From contig OY253687.1 of the NCBI GenBank assembly GCA_958009085.1, positions 806,001 to 870,000 of the forward strand: a stretch of 64,000 nt of DNA, read 5' to 3'. The notes beneath the pieces are model-generated. The model made no database searches, was not told the origin of the DNA, and was given only the letters and a program-made list of their open reading frames with translations. Of the stretch, positions 1-12,500 are shown one piece after another; within the stretch, counting starts at the first letter, position 1; the number at the start of each line of letters is the position of its first letter. The position numbers and the translations under genes are program-made. This DNA is from Protoeuglena noctilucae (lineage: Eukaryota).

Positions 1-213
1 GAAGCAGTCAATGCAGCGCCAGTGCAACGTTAGGGTATGCTCCTGCCAGCCTCAGAGAGGGCACCCGGGCGCGCGTGAACGCATATCGAGCGCTGCACCG
101 AGGCGCATCTACGATCACTGCCGGCCGCCTGATAACGAACGTGACGACGCGGAGGGCTGCGATGGATTGCGCACTTACCCCGGTTAAAGGCGTTGCACCG
201 GATTGCTAACGAT

Positions 214-3200
214 ATGAGGTGGATCCCGTTCCTTCCGCACGAATGCTCGGGGACGCCCCCGGGACCCCGTAGCGGCCACACGGCTGCGGTTCTGACCCAG
301 GTGGGCCGGGGCCGATTCTCTGCGGGAAGTCCACTGCTGGCTCGCGCTCGCGTCTGTGGGCGCAACCTGGTCGTTTGCTCCTCCAATGATATCCATTCCG
401 CGCTCGCTGCTTGCGGCGCTTTCAGGCGTCTCGTTCCGCGACCCTGCGCGAGGCTCTCAACGCGCCCCTCGCTCGTCCGCGCAGTGCAAGCTCGGCAGGA
501 ACGCCGTCGTTGTCTTCGGTGGCGTCCGCGAGGGCCTCTTCCTTGGCGACCTGCACGTCTTTTTGCCGGAGAGCAACTCGTGGGTCGCGCCCGACGTGTT
601 TGCCGAGCGCCGGCCCCGCGCGCGGGCCTTCCACTGCTCCGCGGCAGGTAAGGATGACTTTGTGGACTCGACGCTATGCAAATCCTGGACTTTAAGACGC
701 ATCCCGGCTGCAGCGGGCTGCAGCGAGGCAACGCCGCACCGCTCTCCCCCTCTCTCCAGACGGCGCGCACGTGTACATCTGGGGCGGGCGCTGCGGAGAC
801 ATCACGTTCGAGGATTTCTGGCGATTCGACTTAGACGCGAACCACTGGTGACTTACAGCGCGTGGCGACCCCGACCGCCCCCGCAGCTCCCACACCCTGC
901 CTCGCTAACCTCCTCTACCCTTTCTCCGCGTATCTGTTCCTCAGGGAAGAACTGAGCTGCACCGGCACGGTCCCCCTCAGCCGCGACTTCGCGTCGCTGA
1001 CGTGCGTGTGCCCGGGCCGCCTGGTGTTGTTTGGCGGGTATGGCTCCGGTCAGTGGTTTGGCGACGCGTTGGCTTTCGATGTCGCCACGTGCGCCTGGCA
1101 CGGCCTGGAGCCGCCCGCGGGAGAGGGCTCGTCGCCGCCGCTCACGCCGCCGCCCCGCAGCACGCACGGCGCGCTGTGGGTGCAGCAGGGTGCCCCATCC
1201 ACCGGCCGGCTGCTGGTGTTTGGGGGCCAGGGCCACGGGGGAAGGCAGCTGGACGATCTGTGGGCGCTGAAGGGGGCGAACGAGGCTGACCTGGAGGGGG
1301 GGAGCCGAGAGGGCGTGGTGTGGGCCAAGATACCCCTGCCGGCCTCAGGTGTGACATGGCGCATGGGAGGTTTGGTGGGTGGGTCTGCTGGTGAATGTGG
1401 GCTTGTGAGAGAGTCTAAGGCGTCGGGTTGTTAGTTTGATTGTAGTTTTGTGTATCCTCTCTGACTCGACATGCAATGCTGTAGCTCGCTGTGGTTTGTG
1501 TTACGACTGATCGGCAGCAGTCGCTACTGCTGCCATCTCCCAGCAATGCCAACACCGTATAGTAATATATCTCTTTGTAAGAATTATCTCTTCGTGCCTG
1601 TTCGCGTCGCAGTGGGACCCGGCGCGCGGTCGGGGATGTGCGTGGCGGAGGAGAGCGGCGTGATTGTGGCCATGGGCGGGCACAGCAGCGGGCACCTGCT
1701 GAGAGGACTGGTGATGGGTGACAAGAGGGGCGTGTACCACAGGCGAGGGATGGTTGGGTGGGGTGGTCTAGTGGTGGGGTGAGAGTGGAGCGAGTGGACG
1801 GGCAATCTTTCCCCATTACTGCTCCTATGACTTTCATTCATGATTGCAGCACCGTCTTTGGCCGATGGTGTGCATTGATGAACCTGTGCTCTCTTCACTC
1901 ATCGCAGTTCCGTCGACGTCCTCAATCGCGTGCACTGATGTTACTGCATCATCTACCCCAATCGCAGTTCCGTCTATGTGCTAAATCGCGTGCATGAGGT
2001 CCACTGGCGCGTCCCCCTGGACCCCGGGGACGAGGCGGCCCGGCAGACGCGGCCACCCCCACGCGCCTACCACACGCTGGTGAGGGGGAGGGGGTAGCCA
2101 AGCCTCACTTCCAATATCCTTCCCTCGCCATCCATCTCACCCTCCCTCACACACTCACTCCCTCGCTCCCTCACTCTCTCCCTCCCTCTTTTACTCCCTC
2201 CCTCACTCCCTCACTCTACCACCACTCCCTCTCTCATCACCCCCAGTCCCCCCTGGGCACCGGCTCCCTCCTCCTCTTCTTCACCCACCCATTCACCATT
2301 CACTCACTACCCGCCTCTCTCCCCCACCCAGTCCCCCCTCGGCAACGGCTCCCTCCTCCTCCTGGGCGGCTACGACGGCGCCACGACCCTCGGCGACTGC
2401 TGGCTGCTGTCGGTGATGGACGAGGTGGACGCGCACCACTCGCTGACTGCGGCACATCGGCACAGGAGGAGCAAGGTGAGAGGGGATGAGTGGGTGTCGA
2501 GTGGTGTATATTGTCACTGCAATCACTCGCTCATGGCCGCGCACCAGCACCGGCGGAGCAAGGTGATGCATGAGTGGAGATGTGGGTTGATATGCTGTGG
2601 TATATGTCACTGCAATCACTCGCTGACGGCGCACCGGCACCGGCGGAGCAAGGTGAGGAGGCATGAGTGAATGGGGAGTATCATATGGCATAAGGGGTCA
2701 CTGCGCCAGTCACCACATGACACAGCTGCCATCTCACTAAGTCAGCTACGGCCACTCCTAGACTTACTAACACCCGTGGTTAACAACCACGGCTGCAGTG
2801 ATTACTCCGTGGTTGTCCCAGCCCACATGTGAGCAAGCGTGTCATCCTCCTGTAGATATAGTCCTTCAGAAGCTCACACATTCTGAAGTCCTTACAAAGT
2901 TCTTCAAACATGTGTGAGCTTCTGAAGGGCTATATCTTCAGAAGGATGACGCGCTCGCTCACGTATGGCTGGGACAACCACGGGGGGGGTGACCGTAGTT
3001 GATCCACTGAGACGGCAGCCATCACTGCACCACCCCCTGCCCATTGCAACTTTAAATTCAAACCTTATGTCCTTTAACCCCTATATCCCTGTTCCTCAAC
3101 CCCTGCAGGGTGGCACGGGGTCCGATGGCGCACTCTCCTCCATCACTCCCTCCCCCGACCCCACCACCCACGACACCCCACCACCCACGGCAATGCCCAC

Positions 3201-5163
3201 GCAACCATCCCAAGCCCCGCCCTACCCGCCCGCACCCCCGCCCCCTCCCAGCCACCCCCCGCCCCTCGCCGCGCCCCCCACCCTCTTACCCTGGCAAACC
3301 CCATCCGCCGCAACAATTACCCAACCACAATCGCAACCACAAAGCCAGTTGATGGGCCAGACAACGATTGCACCTTCCTTCGTCTCACCGCCACCTCCGC
3401 CGCCACCGCCACCGCCACCGCCGCCCCTCTCCGCCCGACCACCTCTCCCTGGCGGCTACGGTTACGGGTATGCCCCGCCAGACACCGCCAGATACGCAGC
3501 GACGGCTGCGGTGGCGGTGGCCGGGCCCGCACCTGTCGTGGCGGCGGGTGGGGGGGTGACGGCGCGCGATGGGCTGGGCGGGTTCCGCAGCACATTCCGG
3601 GGGATGTTTGCGGGACTGCCGGGAGCACAAGTGCTGGTGAGTCTGTTAGTGTTTGATGAACAGGGGGCGTTTGTGGGGTCTGTGGGGTGTAGGGGAGTGC
3701 GTGTCGAAGCGTGGCGCTGAGCTGGAATCCAGCATTATCTGCTCATGCCACTCGTCCTTATCATATCCTGTTTTATCCTATCTATTCCTCACCCCCTTGC
3801 AGAGCTCCTCCCCCTGGGCTGAGTCAGGGGGTCTCTCCCCGCTCGATTCTGACAGAGCGACGCGGCCCCAGGCGCCCTGGGCTGGACCCCGCGCCGCGCC
3901 CGGCCCGCCGCTCGCGTCGCAGATCGGATTTCAAATCGCAGCGCAGGGTGGGGGGCCAGCTGCCGCCGATGCCGCACTGCAGCCCGGGGCGGCGATGGCG
4001 GTGGGGGGTGGTGGTGGTGGTGGGGTGGCAGTGGTGGGGGCAGCGGGGGTGCGGGGCGGTGGGGAGGGCGCGGTGTTGCGCAAGCGATTGGAGTGGTTGA
4101 TGGAGGCACTGGGTGCGAGGCTGGATCTGACCGATGGTTTGCAAGGGGACGATGCGAGCGGTGCGGGGGCGGAGGGGGCAGAGGGGGTGCGGGTGGCGGT
4201 GAGGGAGGCGGTGGGAAGATGGGGCGGGGATAATAATGATAATGATGAGGGGGTATTGCATGAGGATGGGGTAAGTGAGACGGGGAGCACGTTAGAGGGG
4301 GCCGGTGGGCGTGGCGACGGGTGGGGTTCGGTGGACGCAGTGAAGTTGCGGGAGGTGGCGGGGATGCTGGGGGATTACAGGGCTCTCGCGGGCGAGTGGA
4401 GAGCGGCGGCGATGGCGAGGGGGGCGGAGGGGGTGGCGGGGTATCGGGATGCGGTGGCGTCCATGCGAGCGGGGAGGGAGGGGGAGGGAGAGGGGGAGGG
4501 TGGTGGGTCATGTGTGCAGAAGGGAGAAAGAGAGGAGGAGGGGACTGCAAGTGGGGACCGCGTGAGGTGAGGGAACCGGACTGTGCTGCGAGATGGTGTG
4601 GGTGACGCAAGGGGAAGTTGAGGGATGACTATTTCTATCTGTCGTATTGCAGATTGACTGTTGCATGTATGGATGACGGGTCGGTTCGAGTCACGCTGGC
4701 GGCGGTGGGCGCGGGCAGGTCCGGTGGTGTTGATGCAGCGAGGAGCGACGCGAGCGGCGGTGTCGCTGCGATGGCGGCGCTGCTGGGGGCGTTTGGGGCC
4801 TTCCTGGGTCGCGTGGCCGCATCAGAGGCGGCGGGGGCTGCGATGGCAGTGGGGGCGGTGGGGGCGGCGCGTGAGCATGCATCGGCTGGCGATGGTGGGG
4901 ATGAGGGGCGCCGCAGCGGTACGGTGGGTGATGAGGATGATGCCGATGCTGCGGGCGGGGCCGCGAGCGGCGGTGCGCGCGCGGCGGGGCAGGTGGGTGC
5001 TATGCCAGCATCGGCGTTGCTTTTGCGGCGCTTTGAGGGTGTGCCCCTGCCTTCGCTGCGTCTGGGGGACGTGGCGGCGCTCCGAGCGGAGCTGCGGGCC
5101 ATGGCGCGGGGACTGGCGCGGGCAGAGGGCGGTTACAGAGCGGCGGTGGCGGGGAGTGGTTAG
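214..5163 (+). CDS. Multi-exon plant-type kelch-repeat protein (resembles Arabidopsis At2g36360 / rice GPA3 family)
   Basis: Spliced exons give MRWIPFLPHECSGTPPGPRSGHTA, VVVFGG, RARAFH, PLSRDFAS, VLFGGYGSGQWFGD, RLLVFGGQGHGGRQLDDLWALKG, PPPRAYHTL and LLLGGYDGATTLGDCWLL, plus C-terminal LRLGDV-type motifs. ATG at 214, TAG at 5161-5163. Internal exon boundaries are partly uncertain. Confidence 0.8.
2724..3018. mobile_element. Foldback / MITE-like palindromic element in a kelch-gene intron
   Basis: 2807-2880 (CCGTGGTTGTCCCAGCC...CTTCAGAAGCTCACACA) is largely the reverse complement of 2911-2983. Outer arms also pair (TCAGCTACGGCCAC / GTGACCGTAGTTGA; GCTGCCATCTCA / TGAGACGGCAGC). No coding signal. 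Confidence 0.7.
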
Positions 5164-5612
5164 GGTCAGGGGTTTGGCGTATCGGGGCGTCGCGCGTGGT
5201 CGCGGGCGGGTCAGTTGAACTCATATCATTGTGTTCAAACGTTTCTGTGAAGAGATCTGGAGAATGAGCGCGAGATCGGCATGCAGGGGCGTGTCGCATG
5301 CACGCACTGCAGCGTGCGGATCTGTGAGGGTGGGGACGCAACGGGTATGCGTTTCGGATACCTGGGGACCTTCTGACGCGATATTGAGAGCTAATTTTGC
5401 GATTCGCGGGGCCTGTCCCCCGCTCTGGGCCCCCTAAGATGGACCCTGGGCTGCGGGTATATGAGGGCCAGAGTGTGACCTGGCAAGAAGGGGACTCGGA
5501 CTGGATAGCTTCAGCGAGGTTGAGATTGTGGCCTTTGTTCAGCTTATTACTTCTGCCACCAAATCATATCTGAAACGCCGCCACGGCGCCCCTCACAGCC
5601 GTCGCTGGCGGC

Positions 5613-6942
5613 ATGGAATCGGGAAGCGCGGGCGCGCAGGTGAGGACCTCTAGGTTGCACATTGGCCATGCGAGGTGGGCTAGAAGTGAGCCTGGCATTT
5701 GCTTGCCGTGTTGTGTGACGCAGGACGCTGCGGGGACGTCGATGACGGCCCCAGACGCGGCACTCAACGAGGTGCACAAACTGGGCTGCGAGCTTTCAGA
5801 GAGTTTTCGGAAGTACCTGGGAACAAATCTTAAACCAAAGAACTTCTGGCGCGCATGCAATTTGGGCTCGGATTGGCTTGACAGGAATTCTGAGGGGGTG
5901 TTCAAGAAACTTCAGTATGACGTGAGTGGGGTGGCGCAATTTCTGTCATTTGCAGGGCCAAAAGCCCGGTCTTGCTTTCATCAAGAGAGTTTTGTTCCAT
6001 AACCACAGGTCGTGGTCGATGCCGAGGTGTCCACGGGTGACCGGAGCGCCCAGGCTGAGGCACCTATGTGCAATAAAGGCGCCCAGACCAACGTGATTTC
6101 GACCAACTTTGAGGCCCAGGACGGGACGTTCATGGGTGGATGGAACGCTGCGCCGGCCGAATGGAGCGAGCTGGATGACTCTGGTAACAATTCTGAGGAC
6201 ATCCCTTTGCCTAAGAAATCGCGAGTCATTGGCGCAGACTATGTGTAACTGGTGCCCGACAAAAAGAGGAGGTGGATGTTCCAGCCCAATCCCTTTATCC
6301 ACGATGCCAAGAAGAATGCGCCGGGGTATCTGCACCAGATTGTGCGCACCGACGTGACGGATGACGGTGTGGGGAAGTGGCGTGTGTTCTTCGACCCCAC
6401 GTTTGAGCAGTTTTGCTCCAACGACGAGGTGGACTCCAATTGCTTCGTCCGTAAAGACAAGTGGCCGCTGGACAAGGTCACGCTCTACGCTCCCATGGTC
6501 GAGGTCGGCGACAATGTCGAGGTGAGTGCCTCTGCAGTTTTGAACATTACATTCCATGCAGGGTAGAGTATGGTGTCGAGGTAGGTAAATGCTTAGGCTC
6601 TAAGCATGTTGGTTTGTTGGATTGCGCTCATCACATCCGGATATCCGCAAGTGATGCCCGTACTTGCAGGTCCTGGTACTGAGCAAAGACGCCCCCCAGG
6701 TCGTGCCGGCGGGCTACAAGAGGCTCATCCCCTGCCTTAAGAGGAGCGGGCTGTTCAGTGAGGGCGAGGAGGGCAGGGCGCAGGACGTGGCAGCCCCAGA
6801 TGGGCAGCGGCGCCACATGGTGAAGATCCAGACAAACGACGGCGTCGTTTACATGGACCCCCAGTGTGGAGACAAGGGATACGACCACAAGAGCATGCAA
6901 GTATTCCTCTGCCCCCCACCGCCCCCGGCCGAGCATGCTTAG
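5613..6942 (+). pseudogene. Lower-GC spliced gene of unknown family, apparently disrupted; possible transglutaminase/papain-like fold
   Basis: Same-frame ORFs 5613-6002, 6012-6248 and 6252-6566 separated by TAA; canonical introns at about 5640-5723 and 6522-6669; motifs RACNLGSDWL, YLHQIV, FFDPTFEQF. Confidence 0.45.
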
Positions 6943-7396
6943 GACCTCGGATGGGCCCTCCCACCCCGACCCGATCGACATGCCTGCGTTTGGCTGACTA
7001 GCACCCGCTGGCCGACACCTCTTAAGTAGCACTCTGCTGCCCCAGATAACATCCTGTTACTGCCCTAGCCCTCTGCCCCCGGCAGGGGCACGCGCGCATT
7101 AGCAACCCAGCCCTGCTTGCCCCGCCTTCAGCTGGCCGACTCGTTTGTATTGAAAGCAGCAGTGACGGCCGCAACAGCTCTTCACAGCAGCTGCTTGCCA
7201 CAGCACATCACAGTTCCACTCCCACTCCCACTGCCGCTCCTGCTCACATGCAAAGACACACATTCCCAATCACAGCATCGCAGCTGTCCCCATACCCCAC
7301 GCCGTAACGACTCTTCACACACGTTGTGACTGATAACGTGCTTGCCGCCGTCGCTTCGCATATCACATTCAACATTCAAATAGTAACCCTCTCATT

Positions 7397-8710
7397 TCAC
7401 TTCCCCCCATTCTCTGCCAGCTCCTTAAACTTCCCCAGTGTCTCCTCGAACATGTCATTCACGTGACCCCACACCGGCATCGCGCCCACATACTGCTTCA
7501 GCAGCGTGGGCATCTGAGGGGTGGGGGGACAGGGGAAGGGAGGTGATGTTGAGGGTGTGAGTGCAGATACACACCCCTCATTGCTACCTCATCGCCCCTC
7601 CTCGCCATCACCGCCACCCCTACCCCACCTCCCCACCACAGCACGCCACCCCCCCACACCCACACCCCCACATCCACACACCCACACACCCTCACCTGGT
7701 ATTTGATTTGCACTGCCAGCCTCGTGGCCCCTCCCCCCGCCTCCGTCAGTTCGAATTCCCCCACGATGGGCATGCCCACGAGAGACACGAACTTGACTCC
7801 CTTTCCAGGTACTTTGTCGTATCGGTGTTCCGTAAACATGATCTGAAGAGCCGGGAGCTTGTTCCACCTGCGATGGTGTGATGAGAGGGGCATGGGTGGT
7901 GAGTGTGCGTGCACGTTAGACAAGAGAGAGGTTTGTACTAATGTATATACATACACTTTCACTCTCACATACTACCCAGCATCTCCCCTCCCCACCCATG
8001 CTCGCTCGCCTGTAATAGAAGCAGTAGTCGCAGACGTCGCTGTCCTCGACATAGACGTAGTGCTCGTCGTAGATAGACAGGCACCGCGTCACCAGGACCC
8101 GGTCCATCAGCATCTCGTACAGCTGCGATGGCGGGGCCTGCAGGGAGCAAAGCGGACGGACCAGGGTGGTTGGGCAAAAAACGTTGTTGCTCTCTCCCGC
8201 GCACGCTGAGCAAAGCAACCCGCGCCGCTCCGCGCAGCGACGGAACCGATGAATAGTATCCTTATCAAGTATTCCATGCAGCAAGCCACACCTGGATTTC
8301 GATCTCTCCCGTGTGCTCCATCACGGACTCGTCAAATATGACGAACTCCCACGGCGTGAAGCCGGGCAGGGAGTCCGCGAGGGCCCCGCGCGCCATGACG
8401 CCGCGGCGGAGATCGACGCGATCGCGCGTGGGAGACGACGCGCGGGAGCGAAGGGCCGCGGGCGGCGGGGGGCGGCTGCGGGAAGGCACCGGGCAAGCGA
8501 GGTCGGCCGGGGCGCCGCGCACACGGCCGGATTGGGGACACACGCGCGCTGTGAACAACCACGAACCACACAGTATTACGCCGCGAGCACGTATCGGCGA
8601 CGCCGGGCCTCCGCTCGCCTGGAGGGCCGCGAGCAAGGCCGCCGAGCCGCGACGGGGGCCTCGGACGTCGAGGGGGCGCAAGGCCCCCGGACCAGGCACG
8701 CGAAGGGCAT
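7397..8710 (-). CDS. SRPBCC / polyketide cyclase-dehydrase (START-like) family protein, probable organellar transit peptide
   Basis: Spliced MEHTGEIEIQ|APPSQLYEMLMD...CFYYR|WNKLP...GEFELTEAGGGATRLAVQIKYQ|MPTLLKQYVG...ETLGKFKELAENGGK*. R/S/A-rich N-terminus from ATG 8710; TGA at 7397-7399. Confidence 0.7.
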
Positions 8711-9570
8711 GACTCGCTGACGTGGACGCCGCGGCGGCCGGAGACCGACGCTATACGCGCAGGGGACGACGCCGCGCCCTGCCGGGACGTCGCGCGCTGT
8801 GCGCCCCGAATGCGGCGCCTGTGGAGGCCCTCCGCGGCGGTGCAAAGGCGCCAGACGCCGGAGATGTGTCACAAGGTCGCGACGGTCAAGATGGCTCAGA
8901 GATAGCAGTGGGTGGCGCGGAGCGGGCTGCGGCGTGGCTCGGGAAGCCGTTTCAAGCAGCTGCGCGAACCGAGTCACTTGCGGGCGGACTGGTAGAAACG
9001 CGAAACACCGACCGCGGTGGCCGGCGGTCGGCCCTTGCGCCCCCAGTCGCCGTTTCGGTCATGTCAGAAACACAGAACAGCTCTTGCTCTCAGCTCCCGG
9101 CTGAGAGCATGCCATTGTGCTTATGAAGCGCAGGCGGGGGTGTGCAGTCCGTGGCGCCAATCCACTAATCGGTAGCTCGATTGCACGTGTCCAAAGAGAC
9201 GAGCGTCGCACAGAGGTGAGTGGGGCAGCGCATGCGGCAATGGTCGCCGGCGTCGCAATTTCCCACATTTGTGGACTGCGGCGGCCTGCGCAGCTTGTGC
9301 CCGGAGAGCCCCAGCTCCGCGCACGGCCTGCACGCATGCCTGCGACGATTTGGCAGGCTCTGCTTCCTGAATGCCGCGCCCGTGCGTCTCGCTTCTCGCA
9401 GACAGTTACTTGCGAATAACAAGCATCAGCTGGCGCCCGAGGCTCTGCGGTGCGGGCTGCGTGCGGGCAGGGGCTGCGTGCGTCGGCATGTCCGACCCCG
9501 GCCGCGGCCCCCGCTGACCCCGCCTGTGCTGCTGCGCGCAGGTTGACGTCGTAAGCCGCGGCGGGCCGCC

Positions 9571-12500
9571 ATGGCGGACGAGGAGGTGAGTCGGGCGCGG
9601 AAAACAGCGCGCAAGCGACCATGTGCAATTTCCGGCCCGCGAGCAGCGCGGTGTGTGTCCGCAGGACGTGGGAATGCCCCCGGAGGAGGGATCGATTGAG
9701 GAAGAGGCGGCGGGCGAGGAGTTGGGGCAGGAGGAGTACGCGGCGGAGGACGGGGGCGCTGCCGAATGGGACGAGGGCGCCGCGAACGACGGGGCAGGCG
9801 AGATATGCGATGCGTGGGGCTTGTGCATGTCCATAGGCATTATTTGTTGTCTATACGTCATTGTTTATGATCTGCGAGAGCTTTGAAAGCTTCTGTGAGC
9901 TTCGCACGGGAGCGCAGTGCTCACTAGCTTGCTCACTGCAGTCTCTGTGTCTTTCTACTGTGCAGGGGATGACGGGGCTTTCGGCGACGACGGCGGCGTC
10001 CCCGCGGACGGTGGCGGGGAGGAGGAGGGCGCCGCAATTGAGGGCGAGGAGGGGGCGGAGGGCGGTGCGATGGATGAGGGCGGCGGGGAGGGTGGGGAGG
10101 GTGGGGGCGAGGGTGCGGGTGGGGAAATGGAGGAAGAGGGGTGGGGGGAGGGCGGGGAGATGGGGGGGGAGATGGATGGGGACATGGGGGGCATGGAGGG
10201 GGATGCGGGGATGGGGGAGGAGGATGGGATGTACGAAGACGAGGGCGCGGGGTACGGGGAAGGTGAGAGAGAGGGTGTGTGTTGTTCTGCGGAGGTGTTG
10301 GTGGTGATGAAAGGGACGGTGTAGAGTGTCTGTGTGTAAGGCAATGAGCGTTGCGAGCGTCATGCATCCACCCTACCCTGTCATTGCTACCCTCACGATT
10401 ACCACTAACCATTACCATCACTGCTCTCCGCATCCAACCCCACACGATGCTGTTTCCTTCAGCGAGTCCCCACTCATCACTAGCACCTCTCCCATTACTA
10501 CCCTCACTATGAAAGTAGTACTAACAGTACTATGTTAATCATACTAGTTACTAATCAACCACACCCTCCCCATATACCCACAGATGATGCTGTTTCCTTC
10601 AGCGAGTCCCAGCTGAGCGAGAGCGAGGCGGACGACGCACTGGGCGCGCTATCGAGAGATGAGCTGCTGGCGTCGCTGTTGGACGACACGATCATCGAGG
10701 ACGTGGCGGCCAAGATCGAGGGATTCGACGACGATTTCCAGGAGCCGGAAGACGAGCAGGTGTGTTACCATCGTGATAGTTATATTTCTATATTATGTAT
10801 ATGAATGCACACGTTTATACTAAATTACTATTAATTATTTACTGTATTTTACATTTATCATTCTCCACGCAGGAAGATGCTCAAGAGGAGGACCTGGAGG
10901 CTCAGGACCTGCAGTTGGACGAGCGCATTCTGGAGGCCAAGCGTCGGTGGGACGCGGGGATGGAGCTGCACCGGCTGCTGGAGTCGCGCATATCGCAGCA
11001 CCTGCAGAGCATACGGGGGTGAGTGAGTGTCTATATCAACACCCCCTCCATCTCCGTCATACAAATGCCCCTTCCCAGCACCACCCCTTCCCCCCTCCCC
11101 CCCACCCCACCACCACCCCCACTCAACACCTCCCCTCTCCCGCCCCCAGCGCCCACCAGCAAACCGCGTTGCAAGAGGACGCCCCCGGCACATTGAAGTT
11201 CCACCACAAGCTGTCGAGCTGGCAAGCACTGCGGATGGACAAGCAGGCGATGTCGCAGCGATACGAACAGCGATTGGCGGACATGAGAGGGCAACTGGAG
11301 GAGAGGAGGAGGAAGGCGGACGAGATCGCCAAGACGTTCCGGTGAGGGTGAATGGGGATTGAGTTTGATTGTTATGAAGTGGAACTGTTATTGGGGATGT
11401 GTGGTTGCAATATGAGGAGGGAGGCCGACGAGATCGCCAAGACGTTCCGGTGAGGGTGAATGGGGATTGAGTTTGATTGTTATGAAGTGGAACTGTTATT
11501 GGGGATGTGTGGTTGCAATATGAGGAGGGAGGCCGACGAGATCGCAAAGACGTTCCGGTGAGTCAGGAGTGGTGAATGAGTTTGATTGTTATGAACAAAG
11601 AAGGATGTCCTTCTGTGTGGTTGCCGTGTGATGGGTGACGAGATCGCGAAGACGTCCCGGTGGGGATGGTCGTAAATGAAACGAGATATGCGTTGGTAGG
11701 GGTGGTGGCAGCGTAGAGTTATGAGCTTGTATAGTGTGTGTTATCACAGCACAGTACAGCCTCCTTCCCCCCTCCCACACCCCCAGTGCCTTTGTGGTGG
11801 AGGTGGCGAAGGGATCTGAAGACTCCCGCACCGGCCACCCCCTCCCCGCGCGCGACATCCGACAACGCTTAAATGCCATCGCCGGAAAGGAACTGGAGCT
11901 GCAACACGTGCGTTTACGGGCCGTGCAGCTGCGGGGGAGATTTGAAAAGGCGGAGGCAAACATGAGGAGCAAGGAGCAGCTGGCGGAAGGGCTGCATTTG
12001 ATTGACTTTGAGCAACTCAAGATCGAGAACCAGAGCCTGAATGAGGAGATCGAGGAGAGGAACGAGGAGCTGAGGTGAGAGATGGGGGGGGGGGGGGTGT
12101 GGTGATGGTGGGGGTGTTGGGGGTGAGGAGTTGAGGTGAGAGGGGGTGGGGGTGGGGTTGGGGGTAGGGGGTTGGGGGGTGGGGGTTGTGGTGGGGGTGT
12201 TGGGGGTGAGGAGTTGAGCTGAGGTGATGGAAATGATGGGGACGGTGGGGACTGATGATGATGATGAGCGATTCAACAGTCGAGGGGTGCTATGACTCTC
12301 AGAGCCACGCCTTGCGGCAGAAGTGCCGTCCCCCGGGGCAGCTGACACCCCGGGGTTTCCATCGTTGCAGTGCATATGGCACGTGGCCCGCCCCCGCTAG
12401 GTTGCCCCACCCGAAGGCAAAGTGGGGACTGAGATGGTGTGTGACTCAACACACCACCACCAAGATTCCCCTTCCATAATACACTTTACAATCCCATTAT

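Noticed and set aside
5613..6566. Alternative genetic code (TAA/TAG read as Gln) suggested by in-frame TAA codons
   Set aside because: Conserved genes end at the expected place with TAG (midasin) or TAA (TRAPPC2L) and show no internal TAR codons.
11316..11662. CRISPR-like repeat-spacer array
   Set aside because: The 'spacers' are copies of each other, the unit overlaps an exon end, the DNA is eukaryotic, and there are no cas genes.
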